Assembly: GCA_965116885.1 (NCBI GenBank)
Contig: OZ220741.1
Coordinates: 2,560,001 to 2,624,000, forward strand
Length of the DNA: 64,000 nucleotides
Direction of reading: 5' to 3'
Origin: Candidatus Latescibacterota bacterium
Lineage (GTDB): Bacteria; Latescibacterota; UBA2968
In this document: in pieces, positions 38,164 through 47,878 of the stretch
Numbering within the stretch: the stretch's first letter is position 1
How the letters are laid out: each line of letters starts with the position of its first letter
The notes under the pieces: model-generated
Databases searched by the model: none
Seen by the model: the letters and a program-made list of their open reading frames with translations, nothing else
Told to the model about the DNA's origin: nothing
Translations under genes and position numbers: made by a program

Positions 38164-39441
38164 ATGCAGTTAACAAATAAAAATAAGATCGATGACAAGC
38201 TCAAAGATTTACACTTACGCCTGGCCAGCCAGAGTTTTTTAACGGCTTATTTTTTTCTTTTGGCGGTTATTATTGTCACCGCTTTTCTCATTTATACCCA
38301 GCTTTACGTGGTGCAACCCATGCGGCAAGAAGCCAGGCGTATGGGAGAGTTCTATGCATTTATGCAGAGCGTGGCTGCGTTGGATACAATTGAGGTCAAG
38401 GGATTTTATAAGGATGTCATTTTTGATACTGTCCAGAATCCCAATTTCCCAGTTGTAATCACAGACGAACAGGGTCTTCCCCGATACTGGAAAGCGGTTG
38501 GCATTCCCTTTGATGACCACAGTCCGGAAATTCTGGGTAAGGTGATGGACAAGGCTTACGCGCTCGATCAAGAAAATGACCCGTTGCCATTTGAATGGCC
38601 CCTCAAGAAGGAACCGGAAATCTGGCATTTGCACTGGGGTGCGTCCGCGCTGGAGAAGCGTTTGAATTGGTTGCCCTGGGTCGTTTTTGGGGTGACAATC
38701 GTATTTACTGGGGGTGGATATCTCGGATTTCGGTATATTAAGAACAGAGAACAGCGATCTATCTGGGTGGGGATGGCTCGGGAAACAGCCCATCAGTTGG
38801 GAACGCCGCTGTCTTCGCTGTACGGTTGGTTGGCGTTGTTGAAGGACGAGTTGGATGCAGAGGGTGATAAAGAGAGCAGTCAAAGGCTGAAAAATATCCT
38901 GGGAGAAATGGATCGGGATACGAGTCGATTGGACAAGATCGCTTCTCGTTTTAGTCTGATTGGTTCCACGCCCGAATTGCGATTGGATCGGGTGCGCGAT
39001 GTGGTGGCTGAAACAGCGGGTTATCTGCGCGCACGCTTGCCGGAGAACGTGCAAATTGTAGAGGAATTGGACGATGTGCCGGTTGTTCCGCTCAATCGAG
39101 AACTTTTGGGGTGGGCGTTTGAAAATCTTTTCAGGAATGCCGCCGATGCGATGGAGGGGAGAGGCGGCCGCATTGATGTATCGTCGCGTCTGGAGGAACA
39201 CCGGGTGGTTATTGAGGTGCGCGATACGGGAAAGGGCATGCCTTCGCATATGTTTAAGCAAGTTTTTTTGCCGGGTACCAGCACTAAAAAACGCGGGTGG
39301 GGACTCGGCCTGGCATTTGTGAAACGCATTGTGGAAGACTATCACAGTGGAAAAGTATATATCAAAGAAAGTGTGCTGGATCGGGGTACGACATTTGTCG
39401 TCTTGCTGCCTTTGTCTCCGGCAGATTTAGATGACTCCTAA
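38164..39441 (+). CDS. Membrane sensor histidine kinase
   Basis: Two TM helices; ETAHQLGTPLSSL H-box; ENLFRNAADA; DTGKG; GWGLGL. Confidence 0.93.
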   Translation: MQLTNKNKIDDKLKDLHLRLASQSFLTAYFFLLAVIIVTAFLIYTQLYVVQPMRQEARRMGEFYAFMQSVAALDTIEVKGFYKDVIFDTVQNPNFPVVITDEQGLPRYWKAVGIPFDDHSPEILGKVMDKAYALDQENDPLPFEWPLKKEPEIWHLHWGASALEKRLNWLPWVVFGVTIVFTGGGYLGFRYIKNREQRSIWVGMARETAHQLGTPLSSLYGWLALLKDELDAEGDKESSQRLKNILGEMDRDTSRLDKIASRFSLIGSTPELRLDRVRDVVAETAGYLRARLPENVQIVEELDDVPVVPLNRELLGWAFENLFRNAADAMEGRGGRIDVSSRLEEHRVVIEVRDTGKGMPSHMFKQVFLPGTSTKKRGWGLGLAFVKRIVEDYHSGKVYIKESVLDRGTTFVVLLPLSPADLDDS

Positions 39442-39470
39442 TCCTTTATCAATCAACAAAAGAGGTGCAT

Positions 39471-41039
39471 GTGAATCAAACACAGGAAGCCAAGCAGATT
39501 TTGTGGGCGGATGACGAGATCGATTTGTTGCGACCCCATCAAATTTTTCTCAAAGATCGGGGATATGATATAACCCCTGTGACCAATGGCGACGATGCTA
39601 TTGCCCTGGTGCAGAAGCGCGGATTTGATGCGGTATTGCTCGATGAGATGATGGCTGGACGAGATGGGTTGTCAACTCTGGCTGCGATTAAGGATATCAA
39701 TCCGCATATTCCGGTTATTATGATTACGAAAAACGAAGAAGAACGGTTGATGGAACAGGCTATTGGACAGCGGATTGACGACTATTTGACCAAGCCCGTG
39801 AATCCGAGTCAGATTTTGCTGGCGTGCAAAAAATTGCTCGACGCACGTCAAATTCAAAAAGACCGCATGGGGCTGGACTATGCGGCTGCATCCAACAGGT
39901 TGCGCGAATCTCTGATATTGGCTGAGTCCTGGCGAGATTGGATTGATCTTCATGTGCGCCTGTCTGAGTGGGATTTGGAATTGGACCGCTTTTACGATCC
40001 GGGCTTGCGCACCATGCACGACGATTTGCGCAGCGCCTGCAATTTGGGGTTTGGCAAGTTTGTAGAGGACAATTACAGCCAATGGGTGCAAGATGAAGAG
40101 GATTCTCCCACGCTTTCTGTGGATATTGTATCCGAATTTGTCGCGCCCTATGTGCAAGATGGGCAACAGGTGTTTTTTGTGGTGGTCGATTGTATGCGAT
40201 TGGATCACTGGCTTGCCATTTTGCCGTTGTTGTCCGATATTTTTGATATTGAGCAACACTACCATTACTCTATTTTGCCCACTGCGACGCCGTATTCTCG
40301 GAATGCCATTTTTAGCGGCCTTTTTCCCATTGACCTCGCGGTTTTGTATCCAGATGAGTGGCAGGTGGCGCGTGACGACGACATGAGTCGCAACCGACAC
40401 GAACACCAATTGCTCGATCAACAACTCGCAGAAATTGATCCAGAATTGAATTTGGATACGCGCTATGTCAAAATACTGGATATTGCAGAGGGCAACCGGC
40501 TGGCGAAGAAGGTGCATTCGTACCGGTCTTTTCCGCTTATGGCAGTTGTGGTCAATTTTTTGGATATGCTCACGCACGGTCGTTCCGAATCCGAATTGTT
40601 GCAAGAAATGGCGCCCAATGAGCCTGCCTATCGGTCTTTGACGCGGTCGTGGTTCTCGCATTCTTCTCTTTTTGAGATGTTGCGCAAGCTGTCCGAGACC
40701 GATTCGACAGTGGTGTTGACGACAGATCACGGCTGTATGCTGAGTGCGCGGGCTTCTCTGGCTTATGGCAATCGGGATACTTCGACGGGGATTCGTTTCA
40801 AATACGGCAAAAATTTGCGATGCGATAACCGCCACGCGATGCATATTCGAGATCCCGAGGCTTTTGGTCTGCCGAGTGTGGGGCAAGGGACCAATTACAT
40901 TATTTGCAGGGAAGATTACTTTTTTGTGTATCCCACCAATTTCAATGAGTACCAGGCCAAATACGCCAATAGTTTTCAACACGGGGGAATCTCCCTCGAA
41001 GAGTGTATTTTGCCGGTTGCCATTATGCGCGGGAAATGA
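39471..41039 (+). CDS. PorX-like response regulator (REC plus PglZ phosphodiesterase domain)
   Basis: LWADDE; LDEMM; DYLTKPVNP; VDCMRLDHW; SILPTATPYSRNAIFSG; TTDHG; FQHGGISLEE. Confidence 0.9.
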   Translation: MNQTQEAKQILWADDEIDLLRPHQIFLKDRGYDITPVTNGDDAIALVQKRGFDAVLLDEMMAGRDGLSTLAAIKDINPHIPVIMITKNEEERLMEQAIGQRIDDYLTKPVNPSQILLACKKLLDARQIQKDRMGLDYAAASNRLRESLILAESWRDWIDLHVRLSEWDLELDRFYDPGLRTMHDDLRSACNLGFGKFVEDNYSQWVQDEEDSPTLSVDIVSEFVAPYVQDGQQVFFVVVDCMRLDHWLAILPLLSDIFDIEQHYHYSILPTATPYSRNAIFSGLFPIDLAVLYPDEWQVARDDDMSRNRHEHQLLDQQLAEIDPELNLDTRYVKILDIAEGNRLAKKVHSYRSFPLMAVVVNFLDMLTHGRSESELLQEMAPNEPAYRSLTRSWFSHSSLFEMLRKLSETDSTVVLTTDHGCMLSARASLAYGNRDTSTGIRFKYGKNLRCDNRHAMHIRDPEAFGLPSVGQGTNYIICREDYFFVYPTNFNEYQAKYANSFQHGGISLEECILPVAIMRGK

Positions 41040-41495
41040 TTGAGCACTATGTCGTCAGATAGAACGATCACACAGGTGTCTTCATCACCTGATCAAACAC
41101 ATCGGTTTGGACGCGACCTCGCGGCTCGGCTCGAGCCGGGCGATTGCGTTGCGCTCACAGGAGATTTAGGTAGTGGTAAAACTTGTTTTGCACAGGGTGT
41201 TTGTGCGGGCTTGAATGTGACTGATTATGTGACGAGTCCAACTTTTGTAATCGTCAATGAATATGCGGGGGTCTCGCCCGATGGAAAGCCTATGCCGGTG
41301 TATCATTTTGATCTTTATCGGTTGGGCAGTCCCGACGAACTCTATGAGATTGGGTGTGATGATTTATTTTTTGGCGAGGGTGTGTGTTTGATTGAGTGGG
41401 CAGATTTGGGGGGCGATTTGATTCCCGACCATGCCATTGATGTGCATTTTGCCCATGCAGGGGAGATGGTTCGGAATCTGACGATTGAATTGTAG
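41040..41495 (+). CDS. tsaE: tRNA threonylcarbamoyladenosine biosynthesis ATPase
   Basis: GDLGSGKT; VTSPTF; HFDLYRL; LIEW. Confidence 0.96.
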   Translation: MSTMSSDRTITQVSSSPDQTHRFGRDLAARLEPGDCVALTGDLGSGKTCFAQGVCAGLNVTDYVTSPTFVIVNEYAGVSPDGKPMPVYHFDLYRLGSPDELYEIGCDDLFFGEGVCLIEWADLGGDLIPDHAIDVHFAHAGEMVRNLTIEL

Positions 41496-41525
41496 CGTCA
41501 TTCGGTCAGACCGGGAGGGCGTGAC

Positions 41526-42329
41526 GTGTTAAAAAAAAGATATAATTTCAGACCTATTAGGCTTCGGTCAGGACGAGGTTGTACACTACTTGTCATGTGG
41601 GCGGTGTGCGTTATGGCATTTGTACCGGTTTGGGCACAGCAAGACTTACAGCCACGACAATTGGTCGAAGCTCCCACGGCGGGTTTGTTGCCCGGTCGGA
41701 GTTTGGGGTTAGATCTTCGGTTTTATGGGAGCGATGGGATTTTGGGCGGTGTGTCGGTTGGTTTGTTCAGCCGGGGTATGGTTGGGGTGTCTTTTGGCGG
41801 AAGCGATATTTTGGGCAATGAGGCGCTGGATTTGAACCCCCGGATCGAGTTTTCAGGTCGCGTGCGGGTGATTGAAGAGGGATATACAATCCCGGCTCTG
41901 GCAGTGGGTTATACATCGCAGGGATACGGGATGTTCGATGATGAGTCGAAGCGCTATACCCGCAAGTCCAAGGGGATTTATGCTGTTGCCAGCAAAAATT
42001 TCAAGTTGCCTTTGGGACATACGGGTCTTCACGTTGGGGCGAACCGAAGTTTTGAAGATGGCGATGGCGATGATGATTTTACGGGTTATGTCGGGGTAGA
42101 TACAGGGTTTGGAAAATATGTGGTGGTGCTGGCGGAATACGATTTTGGATTGAATGATAACTCGGACGATAGCCTGGGTTCTGGAAAGGGATTTTTAAAT
42201 GCCGGTATCAGATGGACGCTGTCTGAGGCATTTGCTCTGGAATTTGATTTGAAGAATATTTTCCGCAATGGCATGCAAAATCCACATCCCGACCGGGAGC
42301 TTCGCATTGCGTATTTTGGAAAGTTTTGA
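41526..42329 (+). CDS. Exported beta-barrel-like protein (YjbH-like)
   Basis: Signal peptide; LVEAPTAGLL; GIYAVASKNF; alternating beta strands; terminal Phe. Confidence 0.6.
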   Translation: MLKKRYNFRPIRLRSGRGCTLLVMWAVCVMAFVPVWAQQDLQPRQLVEAPTAGLLPGRSLGLDLRFYGSDGILGGVSVGLFSRGMVGVSFGGSDILGNEALDLNPRIEFSGRVRVIEEGYTIPALAVGYTSQGYGMFDDESKRYTRKSKGIYAVASKNFKLPLGHTGLHVGANRSFEDGDGDDDFTGYVGVDTGFGKYVVVLAEYDFGLNDNSDDSLGSGKGFLNAGIRWTLSEAFALEFDLKNIFRNGMQNPHPDRELRIAYFGKF

Positions 42330-42347
42330 TTTTTTTAAGCGTGAGTT

Positions 42348-42806
42348 TTACCATCCCTCTTTCATCCACTCAAACATTTTGTAGTGGTTGCCATCCATTC
42401 CCATTGCGTTATAAGTTTTTTGCGCCCGTTCGTTTTCCCTTTCGACGTAAAGCCGGAGCCCGCGCAGGTCGGCTGATTGTTCGACTCTGGTTTTTAAGTT
42501 TTCATACATCATCCGAAAAATACCGCGCCGCCGTGCGCTGGGGATTACATAGACCGAATGGATCCACAATACGGTTCCGTTGCGCCAGTCACTCCATTCG
42601 GGGACGGTGAGCAAGCAGCCAGCGACTTCTCCGTCTAATTCTGCTATCCAGTACGCCCCTTTGTGCGGGTCGTCAAAGATGGCCTGTACGCCTTTTTCTA
42701 CGGTTGGTCGATCCAGTGTAAGATCTTCCGCTTCTTTTGCCATTCGGATTTGAAAATCTATGATATTGGGCGCATCCTTTCGTCGCCCTCGACGAATCTC
42801 TATCAT
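42348..42806 (-). CDS. GNAT N-acetyltransferase
   Basis: EWSDWRNG..WIHSVYV..RRRGIF; NERAQKTY..GM. Confidence 0.9.
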   Translation of the reverse strand: MIEIRRGRRKDAPNIIDFQIRMAKEAEDLTLDRPTVEKGVQAIFDDPHKGAYWIAELDGEVAGCLLTVPEWSDWRNGTVLWIHSVYVIPSARRRGIFRMMYENLKTRVEQSADLRGLRLYVERENERAQKTYNAMGMDGNHYKMFEWMKEGW

Positions 42807-43540
42807 AATCCCTGCTTCCATTTGCGATATAGTTCGAATGTTTCTTCATCTGGCGGATAGTATTTGCCCGGGGAGAGATTTTCCGTGTCCAGGCGTCTTC
42901 TGATCCATTCTTCGAGGTCGTCGTATTCTATTGCTTTTTGAGCCATTTCTGGCGCGACTTTGCGCGGGATGACGACTACGCCGTCGTCGTCGGCTACGAT
43001 GTAGTCTCCCGGTCTGACGAGGACGCCATCGACCTGTACCCAGTCATTGGTTGAATAGGGCGTTCCAACGCGGGTGCCGAGGTTTGATGTTTTGCCATAT
43101 CCCCATAGCATGATGCCATAGTCTTTGACGGTGTGCATGTCGCGGATGCCGCCATCGCAGATCAGTCCATCTACGCCCCGCTGTTTTAAGCGGAGAAATT
43201 TGATGTCTCCGCCAATGGACATCAGTTTGGTGCGCATGGATTCCATGACGATGACATCGCCTGGTCCGGCGAGTTCAAAGGCGGCGTATTCAGGGGATTC
43301 TTCGCCGTCTGGTTTTTCTTCGTCTGCATCGGGACGCGAGGGTACAAAGCGCACGGTGATGGCTCTGGCGACCAGTCGTTCTCCGGGGTTCATGGTTTGC
43401 AGATTGGGCATGTAGGTGTACCGCGCGTCGTAGCCATTGCGCGCGAGGACATCGACTACAGCGGTTGTGTTCACGCGCTTGAGTGCTTCTCGCGTTGCTT
43501 TGTCCAATACGTGATCGGGGGTGGGTTGTACAATTGCCAT
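42803..43540 (-). CDS. RraA/HMG aldolase family protein
   Basis: RAITVRF; GGDIK; DGGIRD; VRPGDYIVADDDGVVVIP. Confidence 0.88.
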   Translation of the reverse strand: MAIVQPTPDHVLDKATREALKRVNTTAVVDVLARNGYDARYTYMPNLQTMNPGERLVARAITVRFVPSRPDADEEKPDGEESPEYAAFELAGPGDVIVMESMRTKLMSIGGDIKFLRLKQRGVDGLICDGGIRDMHTVKDYGIMLWGYGKTSNLGTRVGTPYSTNDWVQVDGVLVRPGDYIVADDDGVVVIPRKVAPEMAQKAIEYDDLEEWIRRRLDTENLSPGKYYPPDEETFELYRKWKQGL

Positions 43541-43580
43541 ATATTCTCCTGTGTATGAATCAACGAATCAGCGAATCAAT

Positions 43581-43640
43581 GTAGGGGCGGTGCCCCTGTG
43601 CCCGCCCGTTGGGTGGTTGGGCAGGGTTCTATTCGCGTTC
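43581..43640 (+). repeat. GTAG REP copy
   Basis: Core identical to 1312-1338; 3' extension shared with 47818-47878. Confidence 0.8.
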
Positions 43641-44620
43641 TATTTGCTCTCGTTTTCGACGGCCTGTATCAATGCGATGATGTATCCAAATTGGAATGCC
43701 CAGGCCTGGGTTACGCGGCTGGAGACACCTTCGGGGGCTGTGTCGTCGGGATGGCGAGGGGCGTGGTCGGGCATGAGCATGTACGGATAGCCTGCCTGAT
43801 GTAACGCTTTTACGATTTCGTACATGTTGACGTCGCCTTCATCTGGCCAGGTTTCGCAAAAGTCGTGCAGGCCTCCGCGGATGTTTCTGAAGTGTACGTT
43901 GAAGATTTTTTTTCTTTCTGCGAAATATTTGATGATGGGCGGGAGTTCTTCGGCCGGGTTTTCCAGTCCTTCGGCGGCTACGCCGCAGCAGAAATTGAAT
44001 CCGTGATAGGGGCTGTCAACCAGTTCGCTGAATCGCTTCAGGCCTTCAAATACGGGATAATTCCACTTTTCTATGCCGTTTAACACAGGTGCGGGCGGGT
44101 CGTTGAGGTGGCACGCTATTTGGATTTTGTATTCTTCGGCAACGGGTATTACGCGTTCGAGAAAGTATGCGGCGCGTTCAAAAGCTTCTTCCCGGCTTAC
44201 GCGGCCGATTTCGGTGAGGGTGTCGTTGTCGTATTCAGAGAGGACAAAAGAGCTGTACGTCGTTCCGCCGCGGCCCGGTCTGCGTCCGGTGCGCTGTACA
44301 AGGCCGCCGGAAGGTGCGCGCAAGACGCAGAAGTTGTAGTTTAGACCGCGCAGTCCGGCTTTGTGCGCGTTTTCGATGTATTGACAGAACAGGTCGATGT
44401 CTCTGTCGCGTTGCGGGTCTTTTGCCATGGGGATGCTGTCCATTGGGGGGACGTGAATCATTTCGAGTTCGACTCCGTAAGCAGCGGCTTCTTCTCTGTG
44501 CCGCGCGAGGGTGTCGGCATCCATGCCATCTACTGTGGCGTCAAAATGGGTGACGCCATGACGGGATAGAAATTCCATTTCTATTTTTGATGTGCCGAAG
44601 TACTGTGTGCCTACGTACAT
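43640..44620 (-). CDS. uxuA: Mannonate dehydratase-like protein
   Basis: LNYNF; FLERVIPVAEE; HLNDPP; NVHFRN; DEGDVNM; MPDHAP. Confidence 0.8.
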   Translation of the reverse strand: MYVGTQYFGTSKIEMEFLSRHGVTHFDATVDGMDADTLARHREEAAAYGVELEMIHVPPMDSIPMAKDPQRDRDIDLFCQYIENAHKAGLRGLNYNFCVLRAPSGGLVQRTGRRPGRGGTTYSSFVLSEYDNDTLTEIGRVSREEAFERAAYFLERVIPVAEEYKIQIACHLNDPPAPVLNGIEKWNYPVFEGLKRFSELVDSPYHGFNFCCGVAAEGLENPAEELPPIIKYFAERKKIFNVHFRNIRGGLHDFCETWPDEGDVNMYEIVKALHQAGYPYMLMPDHAPRHPDDTAPEGVSSRVTQAWAFQFGYIIALIQAVENESK

Positions 44621-44631
44621 GATTCATCCTT

Positions 44632-45747
44632 TCAAAGAATTTGGGATAGAGCTTCGTCGAGTTTCTGGACGGTGCGGTCGATGTTCTGGAGTTTGTCCAG
44701 GCCGAATAGGCCCAGGCGAAAGGTTTGAAAGTCTTCTGGTTCGTCGCATTGCAAGGGTACGCCAGCGGCGATTTGAAGGCCCGCGTCCATGAATTTTTTG
44801 CCGGTGTGTATGTCGGGGTCTTCGGTGTAGCTGACTACCACTCCCGGTGCCTGGAAGCCTTCTGCCGCCACGCTTTTTATGCCTTTGCTGTCCAGGAGTG
44901 CGCGAACTTTGTGGCCGAGTTCTCGTTGCTGGGCGCAAATTTTATCAAAGCCGTAATTTTCGGTTTCTTTCATTGTGTTGCGAAAGACTGTGAGGGCGTC
45001 TGTGGGCATGGTTGCGTGATACGCATGGCCACCACCTTCATAGGCTTCCATAATTTGAAGCCATTTGTGCAGGTCGCAGGCAAAACTGGAACTGGTGGTG
45101 GATTCGATTCTTTCCAGCGCAGGGGAACTGAGCATGACAAGGCCGCAACACGCAGCGGCGCTCCAGCCTTTTTGTGGGGCGCTGATCAGGATATCGACAC
45201 CGCGGGCTTTCATGTCGACCCAGATTGTTCCCGAGGCGATGCAGTCCAATATTAGGAGGCCGCCAACAGCGTGTACGGCGTCTGCTACGGAACGGATGTA
45301 GTCGTCGGGGAGTATGATCCCGGATGCGGTTTCGACGTGTGGTGCGAAGACAAAGTCGGGTTTTTCTGTTGCGATTGTCTCTGTGACTTCTTCAATAGGT
45401 GGCGGTGCAAATGGGGCGTGTTTGTCTTCGCCTGTGCGCCGCGCTTTGAGGACTGTGGATTGGGATGGGATGTCGCCCATTTCGAAAATTTGGCTCCAGC
45501 GATAGCTGAACCATCCATTGCGAATGACAAGGCATTTTTTGTCTGTTGCAAATTGTCGCGCTACGGCTTCCATGCCGAATGTGCCACTGCCGGGTACGAC
45601 GATGACCGCGCTGGCGTTATACACTTTTTTGAGTGTGGTGGAAATATCTTTCATCACACTCTGGAAGGATTGCGACATGTGGTTGAGCGCGCGGTCTGTA
45701 TAGACGACAGAGTATTCCAGGAGTTTATCGGGACGTATATCTGACAT
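44632..45747 (-). CDS. Class V aminotransferase (serine-pyruvate/alanine-glyoxylate-like)
   Basis: LLEYSVVYTDRALNHMS; PGSGTFGMEA; HVETASG; DCIASG; SAPQKGW. Confidence 0.92.
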   Translation of the reverse strand: MSDIRPDKLLEYSVVYTDRALNHMSQSFQSVMKDISTTLKKVYNASAVIVVPGSGTFGMEAVARQFATDKKCLVIRNGWFSYRWSQIFEMGDIPSQSTVLKARRTGEDKHAPFAPPPIEEVTETIATEKPDFVFAPHVETASGIILPDDYIRSVADAVHAVGGLLILDCIASGTIWVDMKARGVDILISAPQKGWSAAACCGLVMLSSPALERIESTTSSSFACDLHKWLQIMEAYEGGGHAYHATMPTDALTVFRNTMKETENYGFDKICAQQRELGHKVRALLDSKGIKSVAAEGFQAPGVVVSYTEDPDIHTGKKFMDAGLQIAAGVPLQCDEPEDFQTFRLGLFGLDKLQNIDRTVQKLDEALSQIL

Positions 45748-45778
45748 TGTTGCCCTCACAGTGAATGGATAGTTTGGT

Positions 45779-46747
45779 CTATAGTTCCACTTCGGCGATG
45801 GCTATGCCGCTTTCTCCTGCGACGGCATATAGTAAATAGATGTGGTTATTTTCTTCAAAGATTGCCGGGTCGCGCAACTGGTTGACGTGTCCATAAGCTA
45901 CGCTGCGGATAGAGGGTTCCAGTGGTGCGTCCGCGCCTTCATAGGGGTGTTCTGGGCGCAGGATTTCTACGCTTTCTGTTTCGCGCCAGTTTTGCCAGTC
46001 AGCCGATATGTCAATGGTGCTGAGTAATATGCTTTCGGGTACGTCTCCTACCTGTGTCCAGAATATGTACAGGGTATTTTCGCATTTTAACAGTGCTGCG
46101 TGGCGCATGTTTTTGTTGAATAGCAATGGGCCTTCTTCAAAGTGCGAGAGTCCGTTAGCTGACCGATAAAATTGGCCCGGCATTGCCATGCCATAGACAT
46201 AACCCGCGTGTCGAAAGATTCTGAGATAGCTTTTGGCGAAGGTTTCTGGGCGCGCTGTGAAGTTGATTCCATCGGGAGATGTGGCGACGCGGCTGATTTG
46301 ATGTGCGAGTTTTTCGAGTCCGTGATAGTACATGACTATGGTTTGGTCGGCGTGGTTGACGTGTACATCTGGCGATGCGATATGCGGTGTGGTGGCTTCT
46401 GTCAGGAGGTCGTGGGATAATTTTTGAGGTCCTTTTTCCGCGTGCCAGCGTGCTTTGATTTGCGCTATGTCTTTTTCTGATGCGGCGAGTGGCTGTGTGG
46501 GAAAATGCGAGTCGGCGAGTTGCAAAGTTCCCGGTGGATGTATTTTCCAGGGTCCGCGCAGGTCATTTGCATAAGCGAGGCGGATGTAGCTTCCTTTGTG
46601 GTCGGCAAAGTAGAGGTAATACGATCCGAGTGGTTCGGAGACCCAGTCGGGTACGCGGATTAGCGAGGGTCCCTGGATGTTGTGTCCGATGCTCGGGTGC
46701 AGATCCGGGGTGATGATGGGTGCATTGCGTAGCCGCGTGACGCGCAT
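45779..46747 (-). CDS. Beta-propeller glycoside hydrolase-like hypothetical protein
   Basis: GPSLIRVPDW; YYLYFADHKG; HIASPDVH; QLRDPAIF. Confidence 0.6.
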   Translation of the reverse strand: MRVTRLRNAPIITPDLHPSIGHNIQGPSLIRVPDWVSEPLGSYYLYFADHKGSYIRLAYANDLRGPWKIHPPGTLQLADSHFPTQPLAASEKDIAQIKARWHAEKGPQKLSHDLLTEATTPHIASPDVHVNHADQTIVMYYHGLEKLAHQISRVATSPDGINFTARPETFAKSYLRIFRHAGYVYGMAMPGQFYRSANGLSHFEEGPLLFNKNMRHAALLKCENTLYIFWTQVGDVPESILLSTIDISADWQNWRETESVEILRPEHPYEGADAPLEPSIRSVAYGHVNQLRDPAIFEENNHIYLLYAVAGESGIAIAEVEL

Positions 46748-46758
46748 GTTATTTTCCT

Positions 46759-47751
46759 TTATACCAGTCCTGGTGTGAAGATTACCATGTCTTCTTCGAA
46801 ATTTCTCAATGGCGCTATGCCGAGTTTTTTGAGTGTGTTGTGGTAGATTTTGACCCCTTCTTCCGGGCTGATAAGGCCGTCTGCGATGTCGCGCAGGACT
46901 TCGACAAATGCTCTGGGATTTTCGGCACCTTTGATGCGGCGGCCAAAGAGGGCGACGCGCGCGCCGTGTTTTTTGGCTTCGGATATGAGTTTGAATGAGT
47001 CGTAAGTGGTGCTCGTTGGTCCGCCGAGGATGCCGACGACGACTGTGGAATCGTAGTTGACGAGGGCTTCCATCGCTTCTGGGCCATTGTAGGCGATTTT
47101 CAAAAATTCGGGACGCGATGCCCGGGGTATGCCGGCGAGCATCCGGGCGATCTGGTCATTTACGTATGTGGGGATGTCTTCTGGATTCAACCCGCAGTCC
47201 GTTACATTGGGATTAAAGACTTCGAGGAAGTATCGAAAGCCTTTGCGTGTGGCTTCTGTTCTGAAGGCTTTGAACTGCATCAGTGAGAGCCAGTCTGTAT
47301 CCAGGTTGTTGTTGAATGTGATGGAGTACAGGCCGAGGTCGATGTCTGGTTTCTGGTCGGGTTTGGGCAATAGTGTGCCGTATTGCGCTTCTTCAATTGT
47401 GGGTGAGGCAAAGGGGCGAGATGGGAGGGAGGTGTATTCTGCGCCTGTTGCATCCCACAGGTCAGTTGTGTCATTGGCGCGTACGGCAGGTGTTACGGGT
47501 GATGTGTCAAAAAGTCGTTTTTCTCGCGCCAGGACATCCATAGTGGAGACAGAGGTCAGCAGAACATCGATTTTTGCTTGTTCAGTGATATCCACAAGGT
47601 CATCGTAATAGGCTTGTATAGATGGTGTGGCATCTGTGAGTGTTGCAAGTCCTTTTGACATGTCGGGATCAGCGGCATACGCGATGATAAATGCATCGCT
47701 GTTGGGGTTGTTGCGTATGTCGGCGAGTTTTGCGTCTAATGATTTTTTCAT
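46759..47751 (-). CDS. Class I aldolase-like (DhnA-type TIM barrel) protein
   Basis: AADPDM; RANDTTD; LEVFNPN; FLKIAYNG; GILGG; LFGRRI. Confidence 0.6.
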   Translation of the reverse strand: MKKSLDAKLADIRNNPNSDAFIIAYAADPDMSKGLATLTDATPSIQAYYDDLVDITEQAKIDVLLTSVSTMDVLAREKRLFDTSPVTPAVRANDTTDLWDATGAEYTSLPSRPFASPTIEEAQYGTLLPKPDQKPDIDLGLYSITFNNNLDTDWLSLMQFKAFRTEATRKGFRYFLEVFNPNVTDCGLNPEDIPTYVNDQIARMLAGIPRASRPEFLKIAYNGPEAMEALVNYDSTVVVGILGGPTSTTYDSFKLISEAKKHGARVALFGRRIKGAENPRAFVEVLRDIADGLISPEEGVKIYHNTLKKLGIAPLRNFEEDMVIFTPGLV

Positions 47752-47781
47752 CTGTGTCCTTTTCCTTTGTGATGAGCAGCG

Positions 47782-47878
47782 GAGCGGTGTACAACCGGTT
47801 CAGGCCAGTTCATCGCTGTAGGGGCGGTGCCCCTGTGCCCGCCCGTTAGGTGGTTGGGTGGGGTTCGTCTATTCGTCT
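47782..47878 (+). repeat. Composite extragenic repeat (module plus GTAG REP)
   Basis: Near-identical to 1268-1345. Confidence 0.8.
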
